From positions 2,272,001-2,336,000 of the forward strand of contig JAXHMG010000003.1 of NCBI GenBank assembly GCA_034521595.1: 64,000 nucleotides of DNA. The letters are read 5' to 3'. The notes under the pieces were generated by a model that had not been told where the DNA came from, did no database searches, and worked only from the letters and a program-made list of their open reading frames with translations. Positions 9,879 through 21,661 of the stretch are shown here, piece after piece. The stretch's first letter is position 1. Each line of letters begins with the position of its first letter. The position numbers and the translations under genes were made by a program. This DNA comes from Gemmatimonadota bacterium. Lineage in GTDB: Bacteria; Gemmatimonadota; Gemmatimonadetes; Longimicrobiales; Gaopeijiaceae.

Positions 9879-10754
9879 TCAGCGCGCGGGCGCGCGCGCC
9901 TCGTCCTTGGTCCGCTCGGCACGGGCGAGAAACGCGTCGGACAGCCTCCGCGTGGTCGGCCCCACGGCCCCGTCGCCAACCGGCTTCCCGTCGACCTCGA
10001 CGCACGGCCGGACCTCGCCGGTCGTACCCGTGAAAAAGAGCTCGTCCGCGTCGCGCAACTCCTCGACCGCGATCGCTCGCTCCTCGACTTCGATCCCCTC
10101 CTCGCCCGCGAGCTCGAGCACCACGGCCCGGGTGATGCCGGGAAGAATCTGGTTGGTCTTGGGGTGCGTCACCACGCGCTCACCGAACACGGCCCAGAAG
10201 TTCTGGTGCGCTCCCTCGAGCGCCACGCCGTCCCGAACCAGGATGGCGTCGTCGACGCCGGCGTCCTTGGCCGCCTGATACGCCAGGACGTTCGGGAGTA
10301 AGCTGATCGTCTTGATGTCGACTCGGCTCCAGCGGCGGTCGGGCACGGTGATGGCCCGGAAGCCGCGCGACCACACCTCTTCGGCCGGGCGGCTCCAGGA
10401 CGCGGCGTACGCGTAGACCGTCGGCTCCACCGGCTCGGAAGGGAAGTAGTGCGTGCGCGGCGCCGCCCCTCGGGTGACCTGGAGGTAGACCAGCGACCGG
10501 CGCGCGTCGCCCAGCCCGTTTCGGCCGATGAGCTCGCGGTGCACCGCGTCGAGGCCCGAAACGTCGAACGGAATTCGCATCCACTCGAGACCGCGACGCA
10601 GCCGGTCCAGGTGGCGGTCCAGCGCGAACGGCACCCCTCCGTAAAACGGCGTGACCTCGTAGACGCCGTCGCTCAGCAGGAATCCCCGGTCGTCGACCGA
10701 GACGTGAGCATCGGGCTTTGGAAGAAATTCGCCGTTCAGATAGACAGTGGTCAT
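9879..10754 (-). CDS. dat: D-amino-acid aminotransferase (PLP fold type IV)
   Basis: MTTVYLNGEF, DRGFLLSDGVYEV, YLQVTRG..PRTH.FP, DIKTISLLPNVL, ILPGITR. Real start is ATG 10754; the longer ORF extension overlaps pspA. Confidence 0.85.
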   Translation of the reverse strand: MTTVYLNGEFLPKPDAHVSVDDRGFLLSDGVYEVTPFYGGVPFALDRHLDRLRRGLEWMRIPFDVSGLDAVHRELIGRNGLGDARRSLVYLQVTRGAAPRTHYFPSEPVEPTVYAYAASWSRPAEEVWSRGFRAITVPDRRWSRVDIKTISLLPNVLAYQAAKDAGVDDAILVRDGVALEGAHQNFWAVFGERVVTHPKTNQILPGITRAVVLELAGEEGIEVEERAIAVEELRDADELFFTGTTGEVRPCVEVDGKPVGDGAVGPTTRRLSDAFLARAERTKDEARAPAR

Positions 10755-10867
10755 GTTTCGACGTCCCGGTGAGTGCGCGTCCCTCGCCAAAGATGCCACC
10801 GCGGGCCATCGAGGAAAGGGGGCGACGGACGGGGGCCGGGCGCATCCTCCGGTCCCTGAAAGCCCCG

Positions 10868-11722
10868 TCAGGACTCCGAGTGCCGCTCTTCGAGCCGATC
10901 GAATTCCGACAGCAGCTCCGCCTCCGGAATTTCGGAGTCGGCGTCGGTTTCGTCCTCTTCGAGCTCCGCGTCCTTCACCACCTCTTCGGCTTCGCCGCCC
11001 GACCCTAGCTGACGCCGTTCCTCGTCCTCGCTCGACCCGGCGATCAGCCCCATCTCCTGCTTGAGCTGGAGCAGTTGATCGTCCACGCCGGCGCCCCCGG
11101 GACCCGCTTCGAGTCTCGTGAACTCCGACTCCAGGGTATCCCCCTGGAGCGCTTCCGTGACTTCGGCCTGCGCCACGCTCCGTCGTTCCTGATCGTCGAT
11201 CTTGTCGGCCATCCGGTTGAAGGCTTCGAACGCGGACGTGTCGGAGAGACCGGACATGGTTTCGTGAATCCGCCGCTGCGCCTGCGCCCTCTTCTGCTTC
11301 GCGACGAGCAGATTCCGTTTGCGCTTGGCCTCCTCGATCTTGTCGTTGAGCTGCCGAAGCGAGTCCTTGAGCTTCTGGGTCTCCGCGGCTTGCGTTTCCC
11401 ACGTCTGCTGCAGCTTCTGCGCCCGGTCCGCGTGCTCCTTCTGGCGTACCAGGGCCTGTTTGGCCAGGTCGTCCCGCTCTTCCTTGACGGCCAGCATGGC
11501 ACGGTGCTGCCAATCCCGTGCCTGCTTCGTCTCCGCGTCGAGCTGCGACTTGAGCTTTCGCTCGTCAGCGATGGCGGACGCGACCTCGCGCTTCGCATTG
11601 GCGAGCTGGTCACGCATGTCCAAGATGATCTGGTTCAACATCTTTTCGGGATTTTCGGCCCGGGAGATCAGCTCGTTGATGTTCGACTTGATCACCGTCG
11701 ATAGCTTCTGAAAGATCCCCAT
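10868..11722 (-). CDS. pspA: PspA/IM30 (bacterial ESCRT-III) family protein with an acidic C-terminal extension
   Basis: MGIFQKLSTVIKSNINELISRAENPEKMLNQIILDM N-terminus, DLAKQAL, AFEAFNRMADKI; coiled coil throughout. Confidence 0.93.
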   Translation of the reverse strand: MGIFQKLSTVIKSNINELISRAENPEKMLNQIILDMRDQLANAKREVASAIADERKLKSQLDAETKQARDWQHRAMLAVKEERDDLAKQALVRQKEHADRAQKLQQTWETQAAETQKLKDSLRQLNDKIEEAKRKRNLLVAKQKRAQAQRRIHETMSGLSDTSAFEAFNRMADKIDDQERRSVAQAEVTEALQGDTLESEFTRLEAGPGGAGVDDQLLQLKQEMGLIAGSSEDEERRQLGSGGEAEEVVKDAELEEDETDADSEIPEAELLSEFDRLEERHSES

Positions 11723-11725
11723 CGG

Positions 11726-12127
11726 TTATTCCTCCGCCCCCACGCCGGCCAGGGACCGGATCTTTTCCATGTGGCTCGCGGCCGCGAGTTCGATCGACTC
11801 CATGGACGCCTGCAACTCGTGAAGGTCGAGGGTCTCGAGCTCGAGCGTATCACTCAGGATCAGCTCTCCGTCCTCGATGCCGTACGCGCCGTGGATCACG
11901 TCCGTGGCGTTCAGCTCCAGGAGCATCCGGTACAGCCCCGCCTCGGACGGGCCGTGCTCGGGCATGTCCATCACCTTCAACCGTATGAGCAGCAGATCGT
12001 CCGCATAGTGGACCACCATCGGGAGCCCACTGTTCCGGCCCTGGACGAGATACATCCCCTGGTCGACCTCCTCCCAGTCGAGATCCATGCGGATCAGGAA
12101 GCTCTCGACATCCTCGATGGTTACCAT
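11726..12127 (-). CDS. YbjN/CesT-like (type III secretion chaperone fold) small acidic protein
   Basis: 133 aa and acidic, with a LYRMLLELNAT..HGAYGI..G.L.L pattern typical of the CesT/YbjN fold; GGAG RBS 5 nt before ATG 12127; 3 nt from the pspA start. Confidence 0.7.
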   Translation of the reverse strand: MVTIEDVESFLIRMDLDWEEVDQGMYLVQGRNSGLPMVVHYADDLLLIRLKVMDMPEHGPSEAGLYRMLLELNATDVIHGAYGIEDGELILSDTLELETLDLHELQASMESIELAAASHMEKIRSLAGVGAEE

Positions 12128-12166
12128 GTGCACTCCGTTGGCTGTATCCGCTCGTGTGATCCACCC

Positions 12167-12194
12167 TTACGCGTCCGCCGCGACCGAAGTTTCC
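12167..12194 (-). promoter_or_regulatory. Putative ECF sigma factor promoter for ybjN-pspA
   Basis: Minus strand reads GGAAAC-N17-CGTAA, about 40 nt upstream of the start codon; resembles ECF (SigW-like TGAAAC...CGTA) consensus. Confidence 0.55.
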
Positions 12195-12330
12195 GTTACT
12201 TCGCCCGCGACCGCTCCGAAGGTAAAGGGTGGCGGCGACCCACGCACGATCTCCACGCGGACCTTACATTGCGACATCACGTTACGAGTTGCCATTCCCG
12301 AACCAATCGGCCCCACCGCGGAGCTGCCCG

Positions 12331-14841
12331 ATGTCCGACGACCGGTCTCCGGACTCCACCCGTCGAACTTTTCCGCAATCCGGCGAGATGCCCCGCGCGC
12401 TGCGGCACTTCGACTGGACCGGCACGAGCGTCGGCGTCCCGGAGGATTGGGCCCCGGACCTCCGGGCTTCGGTGGATCTCGTGCTCGACAGCCGTATTCC
12501 CATGATGATCGGGTGGGGCCCCGACCTCCGCCTGATCTACAACGACGGCTACATCCCGATCCTCGGCGACAAGCATCCCGTGGTGTGGCAGCCCTGTGCG
12601 GAGGCATTCGGTGAGGTCTGGGACATCGTGGGTCCGATCCTCACCGAGGTCTACGAGAGCGGAGAAGCGGTCCTGCGGGAGAACGAATTGCTCCCGCTCC
12701 GCCGCCGGGGCTTTCTGGAGGAGTGTTACTTCACGTTTTCCTACTCCCCGCTCCGGGACGCACACGGTCGCGTCGTCGGGCTGCTCTCCACCGCCATCGA
12801 GACGACCTCCGAAGTCGTCGCGAACCGCCGCGAGCGTGTGCTCCAGGCCGTGGCCAGGCCGCTCGCGCCCGCCCATCCCGACGAAGCGGTCCGACTCGCG
12901 TGCCGCGCCCTGGACGGAGCCCGAGACGTGCCGTTCCATCTGGCGCTTCTGCGGTCGGACGACGGCACCCTCCGAGTCGCCGCGTCCGCGCAGGCAGAGG
13001 TGGACTGGGACGACGGCGTCCGCGAGACCGACCTCCGACGACAGGGCTGGCCCATCGGGCGGCCTGCCGAGGGTGCGACCACGGCGGCGCTCTCCCGGTT
13101 GGTGGGGCTCCAGGCTTCCGAGCAGGCACGAGAGCGCTGCACACACGCCACCGTGCTTCCGCTCGAAGCACCGGGTGTGGACGGCGCCCCCGACGGATGG
13201 CTCGTCCTCGGTACCGCTTCGGACCTTCCGTGGGACGACGCATACCGAGCGTTCATGGGACGGATCGCCGATCTGGTGCACCGACAACACGACGCCCAAC
13301 GGCTCCGCGCCCTACTCGTCGCCGAAGCGGAGGACCGGTACCGCGAGCTCTTCATGCAGGCCCTCGACGGCATCATTCTCGGGAAGCCCTCCGGAGAGAT
13401 CATCGCGGCGAATCCGGCCGCGTGTCAGATCCTCGGGTACACCGAAGCGGAGCTGATCGCCGGTGGCCGTGCCCTGATCCGGGACCCCAACGACCCCCGA
13501 TGGCAGGAGGGTCTCGAGAACCGCGCCGAGTCGGGCCGGTTCTCGGGCGAGACCACCTGGGTGCATCGTTCGGGGCGTCGGGTGCATTGTGAGGTCACGA
13601 GTCGCGTATACCGGGACGCTTCCGGTGAACCGCGAAGCACCGTCATCCTCCGGGACGTCAGCAAGCGGCTCGAGTTGCAGGCGCAGCTCGCCGAGGCCCA
13701 GAAGATGGAAGTGGTGGGACGCATCTCGGGTGGGATCGCGCACGATTTCAACAATCTCCTCGCCGTCATCGACGTCCAGACCGACCTGCTACGGGACGAG
13801 TTGGCCGAGAGCCCGACCGCCCTCTCCGACCTCGACCTCCTGTCCCAGACGAGCCATCGAGCCGCCGCGCTCATCCGTCGGCTGCTCGACTTCACGCGGC
13901 ACGCGCCCGGAGAAGCCCAAACCTTCAACCCGGCCATCGCCGTGACCGACATGACCCCGCTCCTGCGTCGGCTCGTCGGGTCCGGGTGTGAGCTGGTCTT
14001 CGAGCTCGCGGAAGACGTGCCCGATGTGACGATGGCACCGCACCAGTTCGAACAGGTGGTCATGAACCTCGTGGTCAACGCGAGAGACGCCGTGGAGGAA
14101 GCCGGGCGCGAGGGGATAATCGAAGCTCGTGTCGCGTCGGAGCCGGACGGCGGCTCGGTCCTGATCGAGGTGCGTGACAACGGGATCGGGATCCCCGCGT
14201 CGAGGCTGCCCGACATCTTCGACGCCTTCCACACGACCAAGGCCCACGGCACCGGCATCGGTCTCAACACGGTTCGCACCCTGGCCAACGAGCTGGGTGG
14301 CTCGGTCTCGGTCGAAAGCACCGAGGGCGAAGGGACTACGTTCACGGTGCGGCTCCCGGCCGAAGCGGCCGCGGCCCGCACCGATGTCGCGGCGCACGAG
14401 TCGCCCGTCGGAGGCCGCTTGGACGGTCTCCGCATTCTCCTGGTGGAGGATCAGGCTCACCTGCGCACGGTCCTCTCGAGAGTTCTGCAACGGGCGGGAG
14501 CCGATGTCCTCGTCGCCGCGAACGGAGAAGAAGCGCTGCGACTCGTCGACGACCGATCACCGCAGGTGCTGGTCACCGATGTCGTGATGCCGCTCTTGTC
14601 CGGCCCGGAGCTGGTGCGCCTCCTCCGGGGCCGCCATCCGGGCACGGCCGTCGTGCTCATGTCGGGCTACACCGGTGACGAGATCGTCCCGGCCGAGCTC
14701 CTCGACGGAACCCGGTTTCTACACAAGCCCTTCGCCGCCGGCGCCCTCGTGGAGGCGGTGCTCGAGGCGTTGACCTCGACCGAGCCCGACGGTCGTCCCT
14801 CGCCCGGATCCGAACCGCGGGCGGACACGGACCATGGGTGA
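12331..14841 (+). CDS. Hybrid sensor histidine kinase (PAS/GAF-like, PAS, HisKA, HATPase, receiver)
   Basis: DW..T..G....W and ECYFTFSYSP PAS motifs, GIAHDFNNLL H-box, NLVVNARDA, DNGIGI, GTGIGL, receiver TDVVMP. No TM segments. Start 12331 or 12388. Confidence 0.9.
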   Translation: MSDDRSPDSTRRTFPQSGEMPRALRHFDWTGTSVGVPEDWAPDLRASVDLVLDSRIPMMIGWGPDLRLIYNDGYIPILGDKHPVVWQPCAEAFGEVWDIVGPILTEVYESGEAVLRENELLPLRRRGFLEECYFTFSYSPLRDAHGRVVGLLSTAIETTSEVVANRRERVLQAVARPLAPAHPDEAVRLACRALDGARDVPFHLALLRSDDGTLRVAASAQAEVDWDDGVRETDLRRQGWPIGRPAEGATTAALSRLVGLQASEQARERCTHATVLPLEAPGVDGAPDGWLVLGTASDLPWDDAYRAFMGRIADLVHRQHDAQRLRALLVAEAEDRYRELFMQALDGIILGKPSGEIIAANPAACQILGYTEAELIAGGRALIRDPNDPRWQEGLENRAESGRFSGETTWVHRSGRRVHCEVTSRVYRDASGEPRSTVILRDVSKRLELQAQLAEAQKMEVVGRISGGIAHDFNNLLAVIDVQTDLLRDELAESPTALSDLDLLSQTSHRAAALIRRLLDFTRHAPGEAQTFNPAIAVTDMTPLLRRLVGSGCELVFELAEDVPDVTMAPHQFEQVVMNLVVNARDAVEEAGREGIIEARVASEPDGGSVLIEVRDNGIGIPASRLPDIFDAFHTTKAHGTGIGLNTVRTLANELGGSVSVESTEGEGTTFTVRLPAEAAAARTDVAAHESPVGGRLDGLRILLVEDQAHLRTVLSRVLQRAGADVLVAANGEEALRLVDDRSPQVLVTDVVMPLLSGPELVRLLRGRHPGTAVVLMSGYTGDEIVPAELLDGTRFLHKPFAAGALVEAVLEALTSTEPDGRPSPGSEPRADTDHG

Positions 14842-14873
14842 GGGGCGACCGTCGGCGTTCGCGGGGCGGCCGC

Positions 14874-15971
14874 TCAGTGAGCGTGTCCTCCGAGCGGCGC
14901 GAACGACTTCTGCCAACCGACGGTCAGCATCCAGTCGGTCTCGAGCTGCGGACCGTCGAGGTCTTGGTAGACCGGAGGATGGATCTCGATGGCCACCCGG
15001 TGCCCCGCGAGTGGTCCGTCGGGCGCATAGAGGTTCAGCCCGACGGGCACCTCCAGCCGACGTCCGGAGCGCAGGTCCGTACGAGCAGTCGGGACCATGT
15101 TCGGGGCCAGGGCCGGATCCTCACCATCGATGTCCCCCCAAACCGAGTACGAGGACCGTACCGAGACGCTCAACCAACGTGTCGCCCGAAGCGCGAGCCA
15201 ACCCGTGGCTTCGAGCTCGTTGCCCAGGGTCCAACCACGGTCGTTCTCACCCGTGCGAAGGGTGCCGAGCGCTTGCGCGCCCCAGGACCAACGGTCGGTC
15301 ATGCCGAGATAGGTGACGCCCGGCACGAAGTCCCACGTACCGGAGCCGAGCTGCATCGGATAGGGGAGCTGGACTTCTTCCCCCCCGGAGGCGGGAGTGA
15401 CGTCCCGATGCTCCACGGAACCGAGGGGTGCGGAGATACCGAGATTCAAGTGCGCGCGGTGGGCACCGCTCGTGACGAGCCCGACGAGCCCGCCCACCCG
15501 AGCGTCTCCGATCCCGGAGGCTTCCGTCGTGAAGGTGCCCCCGGAGCGTGTCTCGTGGTCCATCTCCGTGGAGCGGTAGTTGCCCATCAAGAGCATCGTC
15601 AACCGGTCACTAGGTGCGTACATGACGCCGAACATGTGCATGCGCATCGGCATGGCGGTCGGCGTGACCATGAAGTCGTACTCGCCCGCCGGATCGACGA
15701 TCGCTTGCGGGCTCACCGGGTCCGTGCCGTCCCGGTTTCCCTCCATGGACATATGCATGAAGCGGTACGAGAGCATCCACTCACCGCTGGCGTGCGTGTG
15801 GTCCCCCATGACGCCGATCGGCGCGTGGCCGTCCGGCCGGCTGGCCGTCCATTCGACCTGGGCGTGTGACTCCGCGGGCCGGACGAGGCCGACTACAGTG
15901 CCCAAAACGGCGAGGAGAAGGGCGAACGCTCTGGCATTCAAAGACTTCGATATACGCTGCGAGAGATTCAT
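14874..15971 (-). CDS. Exported His/Met-rich protein, probable outer-membrane beta-barrel 'transporter' (possible metal uptake)
   Basis: Signal peptide ending AESHA; RPDGHAPIGVMGDHTH, MHMSM, MPMRMHM; amphipathic beta strands (GIGD, PMQLGSGTWD); ends GGHAH. Confidence 0.7.
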   Translation of the reverse strand: MNLSQRISKSLNARAFALLLAVLGTVVGLVRPAESHAQVEWTASRPDGHAPIGVMGDHTHASGEWMLSYRFMHMSMEGNRDGTDPVSPQAIVDPAGEYDFMVTPTAMPMRMHMFGVMYAPSDRLTMLLMGNYRSTEMDHETRSGGTFTTEASGIGDARVGGLVGLVTSGAHRAHLNLGISAPLGSVEHRDVTPASGGEEVQLPYPMQLGSGTWDFVPGVTYLGMTDRWSWGAQALGTLRTGENDRGWTLGNELEATGWLALRATRWLSVSVRSSYSVWGDIDGEDPALAPNMVPTARTDLRSGRRLEVPVGLNLYAPDGPLAGHRVAIEIHPPVYQDLDGPQLETDWMLTVGWQKSFAPLGGHAH

Positions 15972-16113
15972 GATGATCTGGGTCCTCGTGCTCGTGTGGT
16001 GAGATCGCTTCATAGCCGTTCCCGAAGACCCCGTGCACGCCGAGCGATGATGCACTACTCCACGACACGCTCCGGGTGGGTCGTGGTCTCGGATGCGAGG
16101 CGTTCGGGGCCGA

Positions 16114-16142
16114 GGACCTCGGAGGCCGTCGGCCCGAGGTCC
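16114..16142. other. GC-rich stem-loop between the leader ORF and the downstream gene
   Basis: GGACCTCGG (16114-16122) pairs with CCGAGGTCC (16134-16142), with an inner GCC/GGC pairing; no clear U-tract. Confidence 0.6.
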
Positions 16143-16166
16143 CGGAGCTACCGGTGATTCCGGAGC

Positions 16167-16577
16167 TCAGCCGGTGGCCGGAGGGGGATTGGGAAAGGGA
16201 AGGAGCCTCGGTGCGCGCGCTCGCGAAGGCGCCTCACCACTGGGGCGCGCCGGTTCGACCACGGACGGCTCGGCGAACCGTATCGTCGCCATGAACCCGG
16301 ACGGGCGCGTTATGGGCGCGCTTTGGGCCGGGTGGCAATCGCCGAGACAGGTACAGGGGCCCGGAGCGTCCATCGGCGCCCGACTCCGAGACTCCGCGGC
16401 CGCGGAGTCGTGGGCGGCGCCCCTGGCCGCGTGGTGGTGCGGGCAGTCGTGCCGAAGAAGATCGGGCGTGGCCGCCGGCAGGATCGCCATGAGGCATACG
16501 AGCGCGAACACCCGCCTCACGACCGGCCGTCCAGGCCGGCCGTACCGGCGAATCCGTAGCGAAGGCATACACCACAT
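16167..16577 (-). CDS. DUF2946/CruR-like leader protein (hydrophobic N-segment, Cys/His motifs, Pro-rich C-terminus)
   Basis: Basic plus hydrophobic N-region, HDCPHHH, CTCLGDCH, C-terminus RARAPRLLPFPNPPPATG; co-oriented directly upstream of the His/Met-rich exported protein. Confidence 0.65.
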   Translation of the reverse strand: MWCMPSLRIRRYGRPGRPVVRRVFALVCLMAILPAATPDLLRHDCPHHHAARGAAHDSAAAESRSRAPMDAPGPCTCLGDCHPAQSAPITRPSGFMATIRFAEPSVVEPARPSGEAPSRARAPRLLPFPNPPPATG

Positions 16578-16583
16578 ATCTCG

Positions 16584-16592
16584 AAGCTAACA
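16584..16592 (-). promoter_or_regulatory. Extended -10 element, putative leaderless promoter of the leader ORF
   Basis: Minus strand TGT-TAGCTT, then 6 nt, then ATG 16577; no Shine-Dalgarno. Confidence 0.5.
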
Positions 16593-16667
16593 CAATATCC
16601 GGAGCGCTTCAGCGCCGCTTCGCCCTTCCGCGACCGAGGAAGCCGACACCCCGTTTTCCTCGACCAG

Positions 16668-19595
<2,928 letters not shown>

Positions 19596-19791
19596 AGCCT
19601 GGAATACTAACTCAGGCGGGGACATCGGCTCAATCACGGGGGCTCGGCCGAGCGACGAGCGCCGCCGTCCGTGCGGCCGGTTCGTCACGGGCGTCTGGTC
19701 GCTGGCGCCGGCGATGGACTACCTTCCGGGTGCCGTCGTACCGGAAGCCCTACACTCCGGTTGCCGCACAACCGTCACGAATGGAGGAGCG

Positions 19792-20721
19792 ATGTTTCAG
19801 ACCCTGCTGGTGCCGCTGGATGGCTCGGAGTTCAGCGAGCGAAGCGTTCCCCTCGCACGGGGGCTCGCTCGAGCCTCGTCGGGCGCGCTGCACTTGGTGC
19901 AGGTCCACCCACCCGCCGTAGCGGGCCACATGCTCTCCTCCAGCCAGTTCGCGTACCGCAGCTTGGACCTGGAAGCCTACGCCGAGCGTCACCGGGAGGA
20001 AGCCGGCCGGCACCTCGAACAGTTGGCGAACAAGCTGTCCGGGGACGGGACGGCCGTGCACACCACCGTGCTCGAAGGGCCCATCGCCGAGACCCTGGCG
20101 GACCATGCCGGCGCCATCGGCGCGGACCTGATCGTCATGACGACTCACGGCCGGGCGGGTGCGAACCGCATGTGGTTGGGAAGCGTCGCCGACGCGCTCG
20201 TGCGTCACACCCACACGCCGATTCTGCTCATGCACCCCGAGGACCAAGACCGTGACACCGTCGAGGTCGACCGACTGAAGCACATTCTGGTCCCCCTCGA
20301 CGGCTCGGATCTGGCCGAGAGCGTGCTCGCGCCCACGGCTACCCTGGCGCGCACGACGGGCGCGCGGTTGACGCTCGCGCACATCGTGGCGTCGCAGTCC
20401 GCGCTCGGAGCCGGATTGGTCCCCCTCCTTCCGGACGATATCGTCCGGATCCGGGAGCAGGCGAACGAGTACCTCGAGAACACCGCCGACCGCCTACGCT
20501 CGGAGGGCCTGACCGTCGACACCCATGTCTGCGAGGGAGAAACGGCGGCCCCGACCGTGGCGGCCGTGGCCAAGGACCTGAAGGCCGACCTCGTCTCCCT
20601 CGCCACGCATGGATACGGCGGGCTCAAGCGCGCAGTCCTCGGAAGCGTGGCGGACAAGGTCCTCCGATCCAGCCCCCTCCCGATGTTGGTCTTGCGACCG
20701 GACTCCCGCAGCGGCTCGTGA
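19792..20721 (+). CDS. Tandem-domain universal stress protein
   Basis: Two LVPLDGS...DL..M.THG.G......LGSVA repeats; GGAGGA RBS; TACACT -10-like element at 19751. Confidence 0.92.
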   Translation: MFQTLLVPLDGSEFSERSVPLARGLARASSGALHLVQVHPPAVAGHMLSSSQFAYRSLDLEAYAERHREEAGRHLEQLANKLSGDGTAVHTTVLEGPIAETLADHAGAIGADLIVMTTHGRAGANRMWLGSVADALVRHTHTPILLMHPEDQDRDTVEVDRLKHILVPLDGSDLAESVLAPTATLARTTGARLTLAHIVASQSALGAGLVPLLPDDIVRIREQANEYLENTADRLRSEGLTVDTHVCEGETAAPTVAAVAKDLKADLVSLATHGYGGLKRAVLGSVADKVLRSSPLPMLVLRPDSRSGS

Positions 20722-20806
20722 AGGCCGTGAAAGCCAGCGGGGCGGACACTCGAGCACGCGGGCGCGGGCCGGGCGAAGCATGCCCGGCCCGCCCGCGTTC
20801 AGCCGT

Positions 20807-21661
20807 TTAGCCAGCCAGCTCCTGCAGCCGCTCGACCCGGGCCTCGGTCGGCGGATGGGTCCGGAACAGCCCGAGAAAGGCCTGGCCCTTCCGGCCACCC
20901 GCAAGCGGATTCACGATCGCGAGCTGTGCGGCGGCCGCATTCACATCCATCGGGACGCGCTTCGCGTTCGCTTCCAGGCTCTTCAAGGCGCTCGCGAGTC
21001 CTCTCGGGTCTCCGGTGATCGCGGCGGCGCTGGCGTCCGCCTGAAACTCGTTTTGCCGGCTGATCGCCATCTGTACGATCGCCGCGGCGATCGGCGCGAG
21101 AAGCGCCATCACCAGCAGGGCCAGTGGGTTCTGGTCACCGTCATCATCTCCGCCGAAGCCGCCGAAGATCATCCCCCACCGCACGATGCTGCCGAGCATC
21201 GCGATCGCCCCGGCCATCGTGGCCGCGACCGTGCCCACGAGCATATGCCGGTGCTGGACGTGCGCCAACTCGTGCGCGATCACACCTTCGAGCTCCCGCC
21301 GGTTCAGGGCCCGGAGGAGCCCCGCGGTCACACACACGACGGCGCGGGAGGGATTCCGCCCGGTAGCGAACGCGTTCGGCTGATCCGACGGCGCGATGGC
21401 CACGGTCGGCATCGGCAACCCGGCGCGCTGGCGTAGGCGGTCGACCATCTCGTAGAGCTCCGGAGCATCGGCGGGTCCGATGGTACGGGCCTTGTACATC
21501 CGGAGAACGGCACGGTCACTGAACCAGTACATCCCGAAATTCATGACCGCGGCCATGGCGAAGAACAGCACGGCCCCACCCGTGCCCCCGAAGTAGGATC
21601 CAAAGGCCACGAGTAGCACCGTGAGGCCGGTCATCAACCCGAAGACTTTGACCGTCTGCAT
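20807..21661 (-). CDS. htpX: Zinc metalloprotease HtpX (M48)
   Basis: PNAFATGRNP, HELAH, AISRQNEFQAD, THPP. Confidence 0.93.
   Translation of the reverse strand: MQTVKVFGLMTGLTVLLVAFGSYFGGTGGAVLFFAMAAVMNFGMYWFSDRAVLRMYKARTIGPADAPELYEMVDRLRQRAGLPMPTVAIAPSDQPNAFATGRNPSRAVVCVTAGLLRALNRRELEGVIAHELAHVQHRHMLVGTVAATMAGAIAMLGSIVRWGMIFGGFGGDDDGDQNPLALLVMALLAPIAAAIVQMAISRQNEFQADASAAAITGDPRGLASALKSLEANAKRVPMDVNAAAAQLAIVNPLAGGRKGQAFLGLFRTHPPTEARVERLQELAG

Noticed and set aside
10755-11513. Apparent 250-aa N-terminal extension of the aminotransferase (a fusion?)
   Set aside because: It is an alternative frame overlapping pspA; the real protein begins at MTTVYLNG (10754). The same artefact extends rsmB, thiE, lgt, the USP, the Tat amidase, the PKS and the FAD enzyme.
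11726-12127. Type III secretion system implied by the CesT-like gene
   Set aside because: No injectisome or effector genes are in the window, and the fold occurs widely outside T3SS.
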